From Octopus sinensis (taxonomy: Eukaryota): a stretch of DNA of 64,000 bases. Made by a program: the position numbers and the translations under genes. Positions 28,920 through 40,592 of the stretch are shown piece after piece (the first letter of the stretch is position 1; every line of letters begins with the position of its first letter). The stretch is from the NCBI RefSeq assembly GCF_006345805.1, contig NC_043015.1, positions 31,620,001-31,684,000 of the forward strand, read 5' to 3'. The notes under the pieces are model-generated. The model did no database searches, was not told the DNA's origin, and worked only from the letters and a program-made list of their open reading frames with translations.

Positions 28920-28928
28920 TCACATGAC
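28920..28928 (-). promoter_or_regulatory. M-box/CLEAR-like E-box (GTCATGTGA) about 80 nt upstream of the PRCP-A ATG
   Basis: Matches the MiT/TFE (MITF/TFEB) M-box core TCATGTGA next to a lysosomal hydrolase gene; function inferred. Confidence 0.5.
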
Positions 28929-29516
28929 AACTTTTTTCCGACAGTCATCGAGCGATAAAGGATTGACACTTGACATTTATTGACGCTAAAACTTCAAGAG
29001 TAATTCTAATGCAGTGTTTAACACCGAGAAGCAAACTCTGCGTGGTCGGCCGATCTGCTGGAAGTGGCAGCTAAATATCTCGTTAATCAAACCCACTGTC
29101 TTAGAAAACGAATGCACTCGTAATGTGATCGTCGATGTACTATTACTTCAAAAACCAAAAATGACTGGTGGATGCGATTGGTCCTTATTTTGATCATGGG
29201 TCTGCTCGATGAGGACTGACTTGAGTTAGACAACAATTGTGTCAGGTTAACTGGAACACATCTACACCGAGAACAGGACGATCACAACAGCAGGACGACC
29301 TACACCGTGAACAGGACAATCACAACAGCTCCTTTGCGACCATTCTTTGTGTCACCTCGTTCAGTTTTTAATATCTTGGAGTTATCTTCCTTGCTTTTCT
29401 TGCCTAAACTTGTTAGTCAACTCTTTCGTCTCAGTTTTATCCTTTACTTGTTTCAGTCATTGGACTGCAGCCATCCTGGGGCGTCGCTTTGAAAAGTTTA
29501 GTCGAACTACTCAATT

Positions 29517-29929
29517 GGGATCTTTTCGGTTTGACCGGCAGTTTTTTAAAATAATTTTTCACGTAACTAAACACTTTTAAACTTCGTATACTGGTAGAAT
29601 GTGTTTAGAAAACATCTTTTCCTCTCGGCTTTATTGAGAAAATTTTATAGTTTGTAAGATATTTGTTGTTTTTTTTTCTTCAATTTCTGCAATTTCAACC
29701 AATCAATGACGTCTATTGAGGTGAAAACATTCTGTGCCGTATGAATATGTCCCTTGTTTAAGAAACAGATTGGGTTTATTTACATTTGTGAAGAAAAAAA
29801 GATACCCTTCCTCCACCCCTAACCCTAACTCTAACCCTAAAACAGATTGAAATGACAAGGGTCATAATAATGGGTGACAATTTCATATGACACCGCTAGA
29901 AAAACTGCCGTTCAAACCGAAAAGATCCC
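29517..29929. mobile_element. MITE with 30-bp TIRs, 6-bp TSD and internal (CCCTAA) repeats
   Basis: GGGATCTTTTCGGTTTGACCGGCAGTTTTT / AAAAACTGCCGTTCAAACCGAAAAGATCCC; TSD TCAATT. Confidence 0.85.
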
Positions 29930-30099
29930 TCAATTGCCGTGCTTATTTTTTAAGCCTGGTGTTTGTACTTTTGCCAAACGGCCAACTTACAAAGTCGAAA
30001 ATGGGAAATGAAAGACTTCATTGGAGTTCTTTTAACTGACACCACATAACATCATAATATTTCTTACATAAGTACAAGGGGCCAGAAATATATATATAT

Positions 30100-30196
<97 letters not shown>

Positions 30197-32099
30197 CGGG
30201 GGTTAGTCAAGAGTTTACCTGAAAGCGTTATCACTCTTCCCTACCACTGGTTCTCTATAAATTGCTAACATGGAGGTTCTTCCAATTACGTTGCCCGACT
30301 GATCAAGGGCTGTGAGTGCTTGGCAACATTGCACGTGCCAGGCACCTAGTTTTGTCTTTGCTTTACCCGAAATGGCTTTTCCGTCGAAGAGACAAGCTGT
30401 GGAAAGATACAAGTGACCACCATTCTCATCGTTGAGGAATCTCAGCATCTGTTGCAGCCTCTGCTTATGACTATACATCAACAGTCACGGCGTACCATGC
30501 ACTTTTGTATGAATAATCAAGTACTGACCCGTCTTAATTTTTAATGAGATCAGGCTTAATCAATTCATTAAAAAAAAAAAATCAAAGCAGGGTATTGACA
30601 GTGGAAGGACTGTCTGACCAGCGGGTCGCATCTCTTTCACAAGAAGCTGATGAACTGACGCTCAAATCTGGTTAGGCGATGCATATGTAGCAGTGATTCG
30701 AAACCGAGCGATCATCACTATCAAACACCAGTAGTTTCACGCGATCGGTCTATTAAGCGACGAATCAGCGTTAAGCCATCGCGTCATGGTTTTCCAGAAC
30801 TTTCTCACTGTGCCCCTTATAAAGACTGTTTTTAGTGGTAATCGCAGAATGTTGAAGCAACCGCACGACGTCTCCATCCTCATTTCCACATCCAGCTGAT
30901 TAAGACAGATGACAGATAGTAATTTTCGTCGTCACGAATACAGCACAGTTATTTCCCAGTTGTTATGAGTCAGCCCCAGATTGCTATATCAGGAAACTTG
31001 TCATAAACTTCAGGTAACATGTCTCCACTGGTATGTAATTATTGCTGTTACTATTTGTGAAAGACCAACTCAGAAAACTCTGTTTGCGAGTGTTGTCAGT
31101 TACTTCTTCAAACAACCCAAGAAATACATTTCCATTCACCAGCAGCTACCACAACTCATTTTATCTTAATAACCATTACTTATTTTACCATGTACATTAT
31201 TATCACCACTATATGTAAAATTTAATATGTTAATTACGTTACCTCACGTTAAGAGCCTGTTATAAGCAGATACTTTTCTGGTTTTCTCTAACAAAATTTT
31301 AGTATGTCTAATGTTAGAAGTTTCTTTTTTTACTGTTTGCATTTTCTTTCTTTTTTTTTTATGTTTCTAGTGCAGTTGATCTTGTGTATTTTCTGTACTA
31401 TAAAAGAAATGGTTGGAATCTTTCCCGGTTGGAATCTTTTCAATCTCGGTCACAAATTTTAATTAGTTTTTGTTTTTTTTAAACTAGACAGTTTGAAACT
31501 TCGGATTCTGGTTGAATGTGTCACGAAGAGATACAGTTTACTCTTAACGTTTTTGACAAAATTTTGTATTTTAGAAGTTATTTCGTGTTAAAGGAGGAGG
31601 AGGAGGAAGAGGAGTGTAAATTGTCGGTCTACGTGAGAAGAGATGTTTTTTTTCTTCTTTTAGTCGAAGTTGTAGTAATTGAGGAAACAGTGACGACTGT
31701 TTTTTTTTTTTTTTTTATACACCCCAGATAATATAAAAGTGTAATGATGGGGAAGGGGAGACAATGTGCTGTGTCAGTCGCTGAGAGATCGTCAGTTTTA
31801 GGTCAGCGCTGAGAGTTGGAGAGAGAGAGAGAGAGGTGATTAGATGAAGTTTGTCGAAATAGATAGCAGCAATGACCTTTTTGCAAGATTTTTTTAAAAA
31901 CTGTGTATAGGAAGTTGTGAAGTTTCATGCTGTAAAAAAATAAGAACAGCGAGAGAGAGGGGGGAAGAGAGTAAGGTGAGTATCAATGAGTCTATGTTTT
32001 CTTTGCGGTCGTTAATGACTGTCTTTGATGTAACTGAAAATGATTAAGAATGAGAGATCCTAGAATAGATAAACTACTGACGGAAAGAACTCACACACG

Positions 32100-33290
32100 A
32101 GTGTGTGTGTGTACGTACAATATATCACAATTGAAATTGTAATTGTATACAGTACTCAGATGCACTATAAATATATTAAAAAAAAGAAACATAGGTGGCG
32201 GGGGGCCATCAGGTGTACAGTTGGCGAATTTCAGGAGTTTTGAAGGATGTAGTGACATGACAACTAACAACTGGTGTGCTGGGTAGTTTATCCCATGCTT
32301 CAACAATTCTGATCGTGAAAAAAATGTTTCTGAAAGTCATGGGTGTTCTGTTGGTTTTTGTTTAGTAAGCATGTCCACAAGTGTTTGACATATGCAATTC
32401 AAAAAGGTGCCCAGGGTTGTTGTTGTTGGGAAGATGGTCGATAATCTTGTGAGTGTCTGCCAAGTCAGTTTCCAAACGTCGGAGCATCAATGAAGCAAGA
32501 CGTTCAGAGTATGGTAGAAACCTGACGGCGGGTATTCGTTCGTTACACGTCTCTGAACATTTTCCAGGAGATTGATATGCTGAGCAAGATAGGAGTTCCA
32601 AACTCCAAGTGTGCATGTACCATAGACATACACAGTTGAAGAGCGACTGACAACGGTCTTTCTCAGTGATGTTAAGATACCCTTAGCCTTCTTGACAATC
32701 TTAGTGATCTGGTTTGTCCTACGCAGATCGCTGTTTACAGTAATATCCAGGTCACGTTCACTAACAGACTTCTTAAGATTGGTGTTGTTGAGGGAGTATG
32801 TAAAAGCTGGGTTTTTCCTCCCAAAGTGCATGGTAACACATTTGTCCACAGCTAGTTTGAGTTGCCAGTCAGAGATCCATTGTTGCATTGTGTCCAGGTT
32901 TGATTGCAGGAAAGATTTATAGCGTATAGAATCTGTTCTTTTTATCTCAAGGTACAGCTTGATATCATCTGCATATTTCAACGTTGTAAGATTCTTCAAG
33001 TTGACATCTATATCATTAATATATGTAACAATCAGTAGAGGTTCAAGAACGGATCCCTGTGGTACACCAGATGTCATCTCATAGAGTGAAGAATGATGTC
33101 CTTAAACTGTGACTACCTCTTCTCGACCGAGAATGAAGGACTTCAGCCAGTTATAGAAATCTTCTTTCACACCAGTTGCAGAGAGTTTTGCCATGAGTCG
33201 TTTGTGTGGCACAGAACTGAAGGCTTTAGCAAAGTCAAGATAGATAATATTCACCCATGAGCCGTTATCAGTAATTCAGGTGAATTACTG
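32100..33290 (-). mobile_element. CR1/L2-group LINE RT fragment, same family as 12120-13300
   Basis: YLDFAKAF, SGVPQGSVL, KYADDIKLY; degenerate. Confidence 0.85.
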
Positions 33291-33299
33291 CTCTATAGT

Positions 33300-34030
33300 G
33301 ACACAATAATCGCTACATAATTCTACATAAATACGAGGATTATAACACAAAGGCCGTGGCCCACGCATCTCGTTCTCTGCTACCAGCAGAAAAAAATTAC
33401 AGCTAAATTGAAAAAGCGGCTCTAGCGATTATTTTCGTCATAAAATGTCATAGATTCTTATACGGAAGAAGTTTTCGACTACAGACTGAGTCCGTTATTA
33501 TCTACATATGGGTCGAAGAAAGGAATCCCTACCCTTACTGCTAATAGGTTGCAACACTGGGGTACTGTATTACTAAGTTACGATTTTAGGATGGAGCTTA
33601 TGCCATCTAAGAAATTAGAACATGCTGATTGTTTATCAAGATCGATACCAAAAAATACTGAACCGTTTGAGGATACCGTGACTGCAGCGTTGTGAGCAGA
33701 AAAAGAAATTTAAAATATTTTATATAATTATTTCTTTACTACCCACAAGGGGCTAAACACAGAGAGGACAAACAAGGAGAGACAAACGGTTTAAGTCGAT
33801 TACATCGTCCCCAGTGCGTAACTGGTGCTTAATTTATCGACCCCGAGAGGATGAAAGGCAAAGTCGACTTCGGCGGAATTTGAACTCAGAACGTGAGGGC
33901 GGACGAAATACCGCTAAGCATTTTGCCCGGCGTGCTAACGGTTCTGCCAGCTCGCCGCCTATTTTATATAATGTTATACGAGAATTACCAGTTACACTAG
34001 AAGAAATCAAATTAAAAGCGAAAAAGGCGA
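33300..34030 (+). mobile_element. Gypsy pol (RNase H) remnant, interrupted by a SINE at 33729-33959 with a 13-bp TSD
   Basis: IEKAALAIIF..KKGIPTLTANRLQHWGTVLLSYDF..HADCLSR; TSD TATTTTATATAAT at 33716-33728 and 33960-33972. Confidence 0.75.
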
Positions 34031-34157
34031 AGTTTCGCATGTCGTAGCACAGATTTCCGTAAAAAACTTTTATTTTTTTACATAAGTAATGAGAGCGAAA
34101 GAGACTAAGAGGAAGCGATTTTATGACGAGAAGGTTTCTCTTTGAAATCGGCCTGTG

Positions 34158-34668
34158 TGTGTTTGATGGGGTGTGGGAGACAGACAGTATGTTGTGTAAG
34201 TGAAGTGCTTCTGTTAGTGTGTGCGAAGAGACAGAGAGAGTAATGTGTGAAAGAGAGAGATAACTGATTTTTTACTCGGTGTATGTGTATATGTATGTAT
34301 GCATGTATGTGTGTGTGTGTGTGTATGTATCTATGTATGTGTGTGTGTATGTATGTATGTATGGCCGATTCATCGTAATTTTTTACTCGGTGTATGTGTA
34401 TATGTATGTCTGCATGTATGTGTGTGTGTGTATGTATCTATGTGTGTGTGTGTGTGTGTGTGTAAGTATGTGTGTGTGTATGTATGTATGTATGTGTGTG
34501 TGTGTATGTATCTATGTATGTGTGTGTGTGTATGTATGTATGTATGGCCGATTCATAGTAATTTTTTACTCGGTGTATGTGTATATGTATGTCTGTCTCT
34601 TCACACACACTAACAGAAGCACTTCACTTACACAACATACTGTCTGTCTCCCACACCCCATCAAACAC
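34158..34668. mobile_element. Fold-back/MITE-like element with about 77-bp inverted arms enclosing tandem microsatellite-bearing units
   Basis: gtgtttgatggggtgtgggagacagacag...gaagagacaga vs tctgtctcttc...ccccatcaaacac. Confidence 0.7.
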
Positions 34669-34842
34669 TTGAAAAGCCGGCTATTACTCTGGGCTAAAGA
34701 CGTCGTGTGCCTTCCTCTGCCGTTATCGTTCGTTGACTGTCAAAAGACCTTGTCATGTAATTCGACCTCTTAGGAAAATATTACCTTCCACCTCACTCTT
34801 CCTGCGCATTTAGTTTAGTTCTCATTGCTACAGTTTGTTGTA

Positions 34843-35037
34843 ATGGCTTGCAACGTCCTTTTGCCTTTGTCTCTACTTATTATTTACGCTTTCATCTTGT
34901 CCACTCATGCATTTCTTCATGGTCTGCCACTAAGAAGACAGTTGACCACATCTTCGAAGTATACACCTTACTATGAACCAGTTCTCTCTGTAGAATACTT
35001 CCATACCAAGTTCGAAACTTGGTACTTCACTCAACCT
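34843..35037 (+). CDS. PRCP: PRCP-B exon 1 ([23 protein letters not shown]...YFTQP)
   Basis: ATG aligns with the PRCP-A ATG; donor GTAAGC. Confidence 0.87.
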
Positions 35038-35086
35038 GTAAGCCCATATTTTGTTTACATCATCATTTCTTCTTCTTCTTCTTCTT

Positions 35087-35128
<42 letters not shown>

Positions 35129-38100
35129 TTACTACTACTACTGACAAATATGATTGGAAAATATAAAGGGACAAAACAAGACGAAAGGTTACAAAGGGTT
35201 TTGTCTGTTTGTGAAAGATTGAGTAAAAAAGTAATAATGATAATATTTTCAACTACAGGTGTATGGTCAGGGCAGGTCTGTTCATTTTTGTGTGGGGGAG
35301 AGAAAGAGAGAGTGAGTAACGAAGTTTACCTAAACTTTCAATGGTATAGCAATATCATAGATATCATCATCACCATCATCATCGTTTAACGTCTGCTTTC
35401 CATGCTGCCATGGATTGGACGGTTTGTCTGAGGACTGGCGAGCCAGGAAGCTGCACCAGGCTCCAATCTAGGATCTTTTCCTTTTGAACGGCAGTTTTCA
35501 ACGCAATTTCTAGTTAACTAAACACTTTTAAACTTCGTATACTGGTAGAATGTGTCAAAATAAAACATTTTTTTCTCTTGGCTTTCTTGAGAAAATTGTA
35601 ATTTGTAAGTTTAACGTAGTTTAATTTTTCGAATTTTAACCGATCCTATGGCCTCTATTGAGCTAAAATCATCTGCTGCGTCTTACAAATTACAATTTTC
35701 TCAAGAAAGCCAAGAGAAAAAATGTTTTATTTTGACACATTCTACCAGTATACGAAGTTTAAAAGTGTTTAGTTAACTAGAAATTGTGTTGACATGTGCC
35801 GTTCAAAAGGAAAAGATCCCCAATCTGTTCTGGCAAGTGGGAAGCCTTTCCACGCCCGAATGGTGCTTTAAAAATCACCCACTGCTGGGAAGCAGATGTT
35901 AAACGATGATGATGATATATATAATGATGACATATATACAATACATTGCTATGACCATTGAAAGTTAAGGTAAACTTCGTCACCCCCCCCTCTCTCTCCA
36001 TACAAAGTCTTGGCACTGCTCATGTCTCAGCATCCAACATTGCATCTCAAGCACTTTGACTTTTGCATCCTGTGATTTCCAGTTTCCTGGACAGTTGTTA
36101 TCACGTTTGCATGTCGGATGTTCTGTGTCTCAGACTATTTACATTTCTTAACTTTGCCTCGCCAGTGACTGTTCCAGAGAATAGACTTATGTTGTTATAG
36201 ACACCGCATTCATATTTTCTCTCTTGCTGTATCATTGTACATATACACTTTGTTCTATTTGATTGGACATTTTTCTTTGCTGAACGTTTTCCTTGAACAT
36301 ACTTGCATTGTTATCTTTTTTATCAATTTCAATTGTTTATACAATTGGCCGTTGCCAGCCTCGTCTGGCCTCCGTGCTGGTGGCACATAAAAAACACCAT
36401 CCGATCGTGGCCATTTGCCAGCCTCGTCTGGCACCTGTGCCGCTGGCATGTAAAAAGCACCCACTACACTCATGGAGTGGTTGGTGTTAGGAAGGGCATC
36501 CAGCCGTAGAAACATTGCCAGATCAGACTGGGCCTGGTGCAGCCTTCTGGCTTCCCAGACCCCAGTTGCACCGTCCAACCCATGCCAGCATGGAAAGCGG
36601 ACACTAAACAATGATGATGATACAACTGTTTTGCCATTGTTCATTCTTCTGTGTCCTCCTAGTGCACACCTACTCCGTCTACACTACCCTTAATTGACCA
36701 CTTCCAGTCTAAGGGGTGTCTCTGTAGGCACAGTTAGCTGCCTTGACAGTGGGTTTAAACAAGCTATCCAGTAGAGGGCATAAGCAACATTGAGGTTCAG
36801 AGACTCATCTCTTCCTTTTTCTCGCCAAGACATCAGACAGTAAAGATGTGATCTAGTCTCTCTCTCTCACACCACATGCCAGCAAGCAGATAGGAGGCAA
36901 CACACAAGAGAAGACCATGGTTCCCACACATCAAACCATTTTCATTTATCATCCAGCTTGTATATGTACGTGTGGCCACATTAAAGGTATTTGAAGTTAC
37001 CGCCTTGTTCCATGTATTTCTTTATACCATGTTCCTGTCAAATGATATTATAGACTTCTGAGTAGAGTCACATTAGATGGCACCACAACCTGTCCATCTA
37101 AAGTGGTGACCTCGATGCAGCATGGACATATATCCAACTATAATGGTTACCCCCAACGCATCATGGACACTATCCATCTAAAGATGTATGGCAAGTGCAT
37201 AATAGGAAAAACTTCTGTCGGCTCATCATTCTAGAAGCAGCAGAAAATTGGTGACACTGGTACAAAGCCACGTTCACAGTAACATGAAATAACCAAAGAA
37301 GAACAACATTCAGGGATGACAGTGGGTTTTCCAAGATATAGGTGAACACAAAAGAGCAGAGGTAATGGAGGAGCATCATAGCTATGTGTTGAGAGGAATT
37401 CTTTGGAGTTTGAATAATTCACCTCTGGAAATATGGGTGTTTTGTTCAACATTCTTAAGCAACCCTTATATTCAGAGACCTTTTGCGAGAGATGGGCTAC
37501 TCGACCTGAAGAAAATTCTCACTGCAAGGTCATGTGCTGTCTATCTTGATATGAGATCACCATGTTGCGCACATATGGTTGTGATGTATGTCCCCTTATC
37601 AGACGGGTACTGCCATATCACCAAATGTTTTTTTTATAAAGTAAATTTCATGATTAAACATGATTAATGGGGAGAAGTAACATGTAACACTAGACATCAG
37701 TAACATGTAACATAACACAGTAGTGGCATGTAACGCAATACATAACACCTGTGACACGTAACTTGGTAATTGTTTTTGTTTTTATCTACTCTTTCTTAGG
37801 TTGACCACTTTGGCCGGAACACAGACACCTACCAGCAAAGATACCTTGTGTCCACTCAGTGGTGGGATGGAAATGGAGGCCCAATATTCTTTTACACTGG
37901 CAATGAAGGAGATATTGTCTGGTTTTTAGAAAACTCGGTCAGTATAACTGTAATTATACATGTCATTCATCATCATCGTCGTTGTCATCATCATCACCAT
38001 CATTGTCATTTTTCTCTTTTACTCTTTACCTTTGTTTGACTGCGGCCATGCTGGAGCACCACCTTTTAGTCGAGCAAACCGATCCAAGGACTTAGTCTAT

Positions 38101-40558
38101 CAGTCTCTTTTGCCGAACCGCTAAGTTATGGGAACGTAAACACACCAGCATCGGTTGTCAAGCAGTGTTGGGGGGAAATTTCTTCAGAAATAATGTCATT
38201 TACCTGTTGTTTCTAGCATGTCAGGTTTTCTGGTGGAAGTCTGGTATTTTTTACATCTGCTATTTCAGTAAAATTCTACGCATGCATGAAACATCAGATG
38301 AAAGTGAAACATTGGGAGATTTTCGCTTTTTGAAAGTGGGTAGATGATGGGTGTGCGAGGTGGGGGAAGGGGCTTTGAGTGTTTCTTTAAGAAAAATTAA
38401 ACTTGAAAAAGAAAATATATTTCCCAGATTTGTAATCTTTGTATTTTTCTACCTGGATAAAAAATAAAAAAATTTGAAAGAAAGTTACAAATTAAGAAAT
38501 TGCAGTGAGGACAGGGGGAAATAAAAATTTTGAAAATGTGATTTCTGGGCAAAATTGTATTAACCCCTTTTTATACGATGAAACAATGTACAGCTTGTGA
38601 TCCTTCTTAAGAAGTGAAAGCACTTTCATGAACAAAAAAGGAAAAACTGTACCCTCCCCACTTTCACTTTTAAACAAACAATAACTGCCACCATTACACC
38701 AGTAATCCAGTTCATTATATATCAGTTGTGCCAATTCTGCCCTTAAAAAAGGAGCAAATAATACAATGCAGATGTAGGTCATAACACCTGGCAACGTTGG
38801 GATGTGTTGCTAGTCTTAATTAAACCTAACTTATTCTACAAATATTGCTTGTCTTTGATCTTTGGCTGAAAAATTCTACCAAAATTTTCTTTCAAGATGT
38901 TTCATTTTATCTGCAGGGTTTCATGATGGACATTGCTGGAGAATTTGGTGCCATGTTGGTCTTTGCTGAGCATCGTTACTATGGCAAGTCATTACCATAT
39001 GGGACAGAGTCTTATAAGGTGGGACGCTAAACTTTTGTTATATTAACCCCACATTTTTTTCCATACTGTTAACATAGTTTGGTCAAAGAGAAAAAGATGG
39101 TGACAGTGACCCTTTTGTAGGGCCGTAAAGACTAGCAAGGGAAAAGGGAGGGAGGGAGAAACTAAGACTGCTAAGTTTACTTTTGGAGGAAGCAATGCTT
39201 CAAAATAACAGGGTATCTGCCCTTAAACTAGAGACCTAGTCTAAATGTTCATATCAAGAGCCATGCTGTGGTGTTAAACTGGTCGAGGAATTTGTGTGTG
39301 CATATAAAAGCTTACTGGAAGCTTTCATTCCTGATATTTCTTGTTTACAAAACTAACCGGCCATATTGCTTTCCTCACCCAATTTCTTTTGACTTCACAT
39401 TCATTATTCCAACAATGATTGTGGTATCCTTGAGCGTTTTTATGTGACAAAAAAAAGGAGGACATCCATTGGAGGGTTGGCTGTCATTTAAGGGATGGTT
39501 TCTGCATCTGAAAGAAGTCTATATATATATTTATATTACTGGCTTCTGTACAGTGTCTGTCAACTGAAAGCTTAAGTAGAAAACATGCCCTGAGTGCCTC
39601 ATAGTGGGATAAAACCTGAAACCACAGAGCTGAGAAGCAAACTTTACAGCCATGTCCACATTTGATGATGGTGGTGTTGGTGGTGGTGGTGGTGGTGATG
39701 ACAATGGTGATGATAATTTGTTATTTTCTTCTTGTAGGATCCTGTAAAGCTGTCCTACTTAACATCAGAACAAGCTCTCGAAGACTATGCCAAACTGATT
39801 CAACACATGAAATCCACCATAAAAGGTGCCCAAAACAGTTCTGTTGTGGCCTTTGGTGGTTCCTATGGTGGGATGTTATCAGCTTGGTTTCGAATGAAAT
39901 ATGCTGGAGTGATTGTTGGGTAAGAAAATACCGACTTATTTCAATGCCACCCTTTATTTTAACCCTTTGTTGTTGTAGTCGTTGTTGTTGTTCTTCTTCT
40001 TCTCCTTTTTGTTCCTCATCCTTGTCATCATAATTATTGATGTCTTCACCATTGGTTTTATGTTACTGAGTCCAAGCTCAATACCAATGAAAGGAGTCTT
40101 TGATCAGGGACATTCAAACCAAAATCATCCTGTTTTTAGCAACAATTATATCAAGATATAAAGAGTAAAGAAGCTGAGGAATTAAGAGAGATGAGGGGTT
40201 TTGAAGTCTCTTTTGTTATGCTGGGTACATGGCTACCTCCCTAGTGCTGGTGTCATGAAAAATGCACCCAGTGCACATTGTAAAGCATGAGGTTGTGAAG
40301 ACCTTTTAATTTTGTTGAGGCCATGGCACCTTTCTAGTACTGGGGCCACAAAAAAAGGCACCCAGTACACTGTAAAGCGGTTGGTGTTGGGAAGGACATG
40401 CAGCTGAAGAAACCTAACCAAAAATGAATGAAATAAGGCCTCTTGACCCATCTAGATGAGCAGTAGCCTCAAATTTGTGCCAATCCCAGCCTTGACAATC
40501 CACCCAACCCATAGCAGCATGAAAAATAGATCTGAAATGATGCTGATGATATCTACAC

Positions 40559-40592
<34 letters not shown>

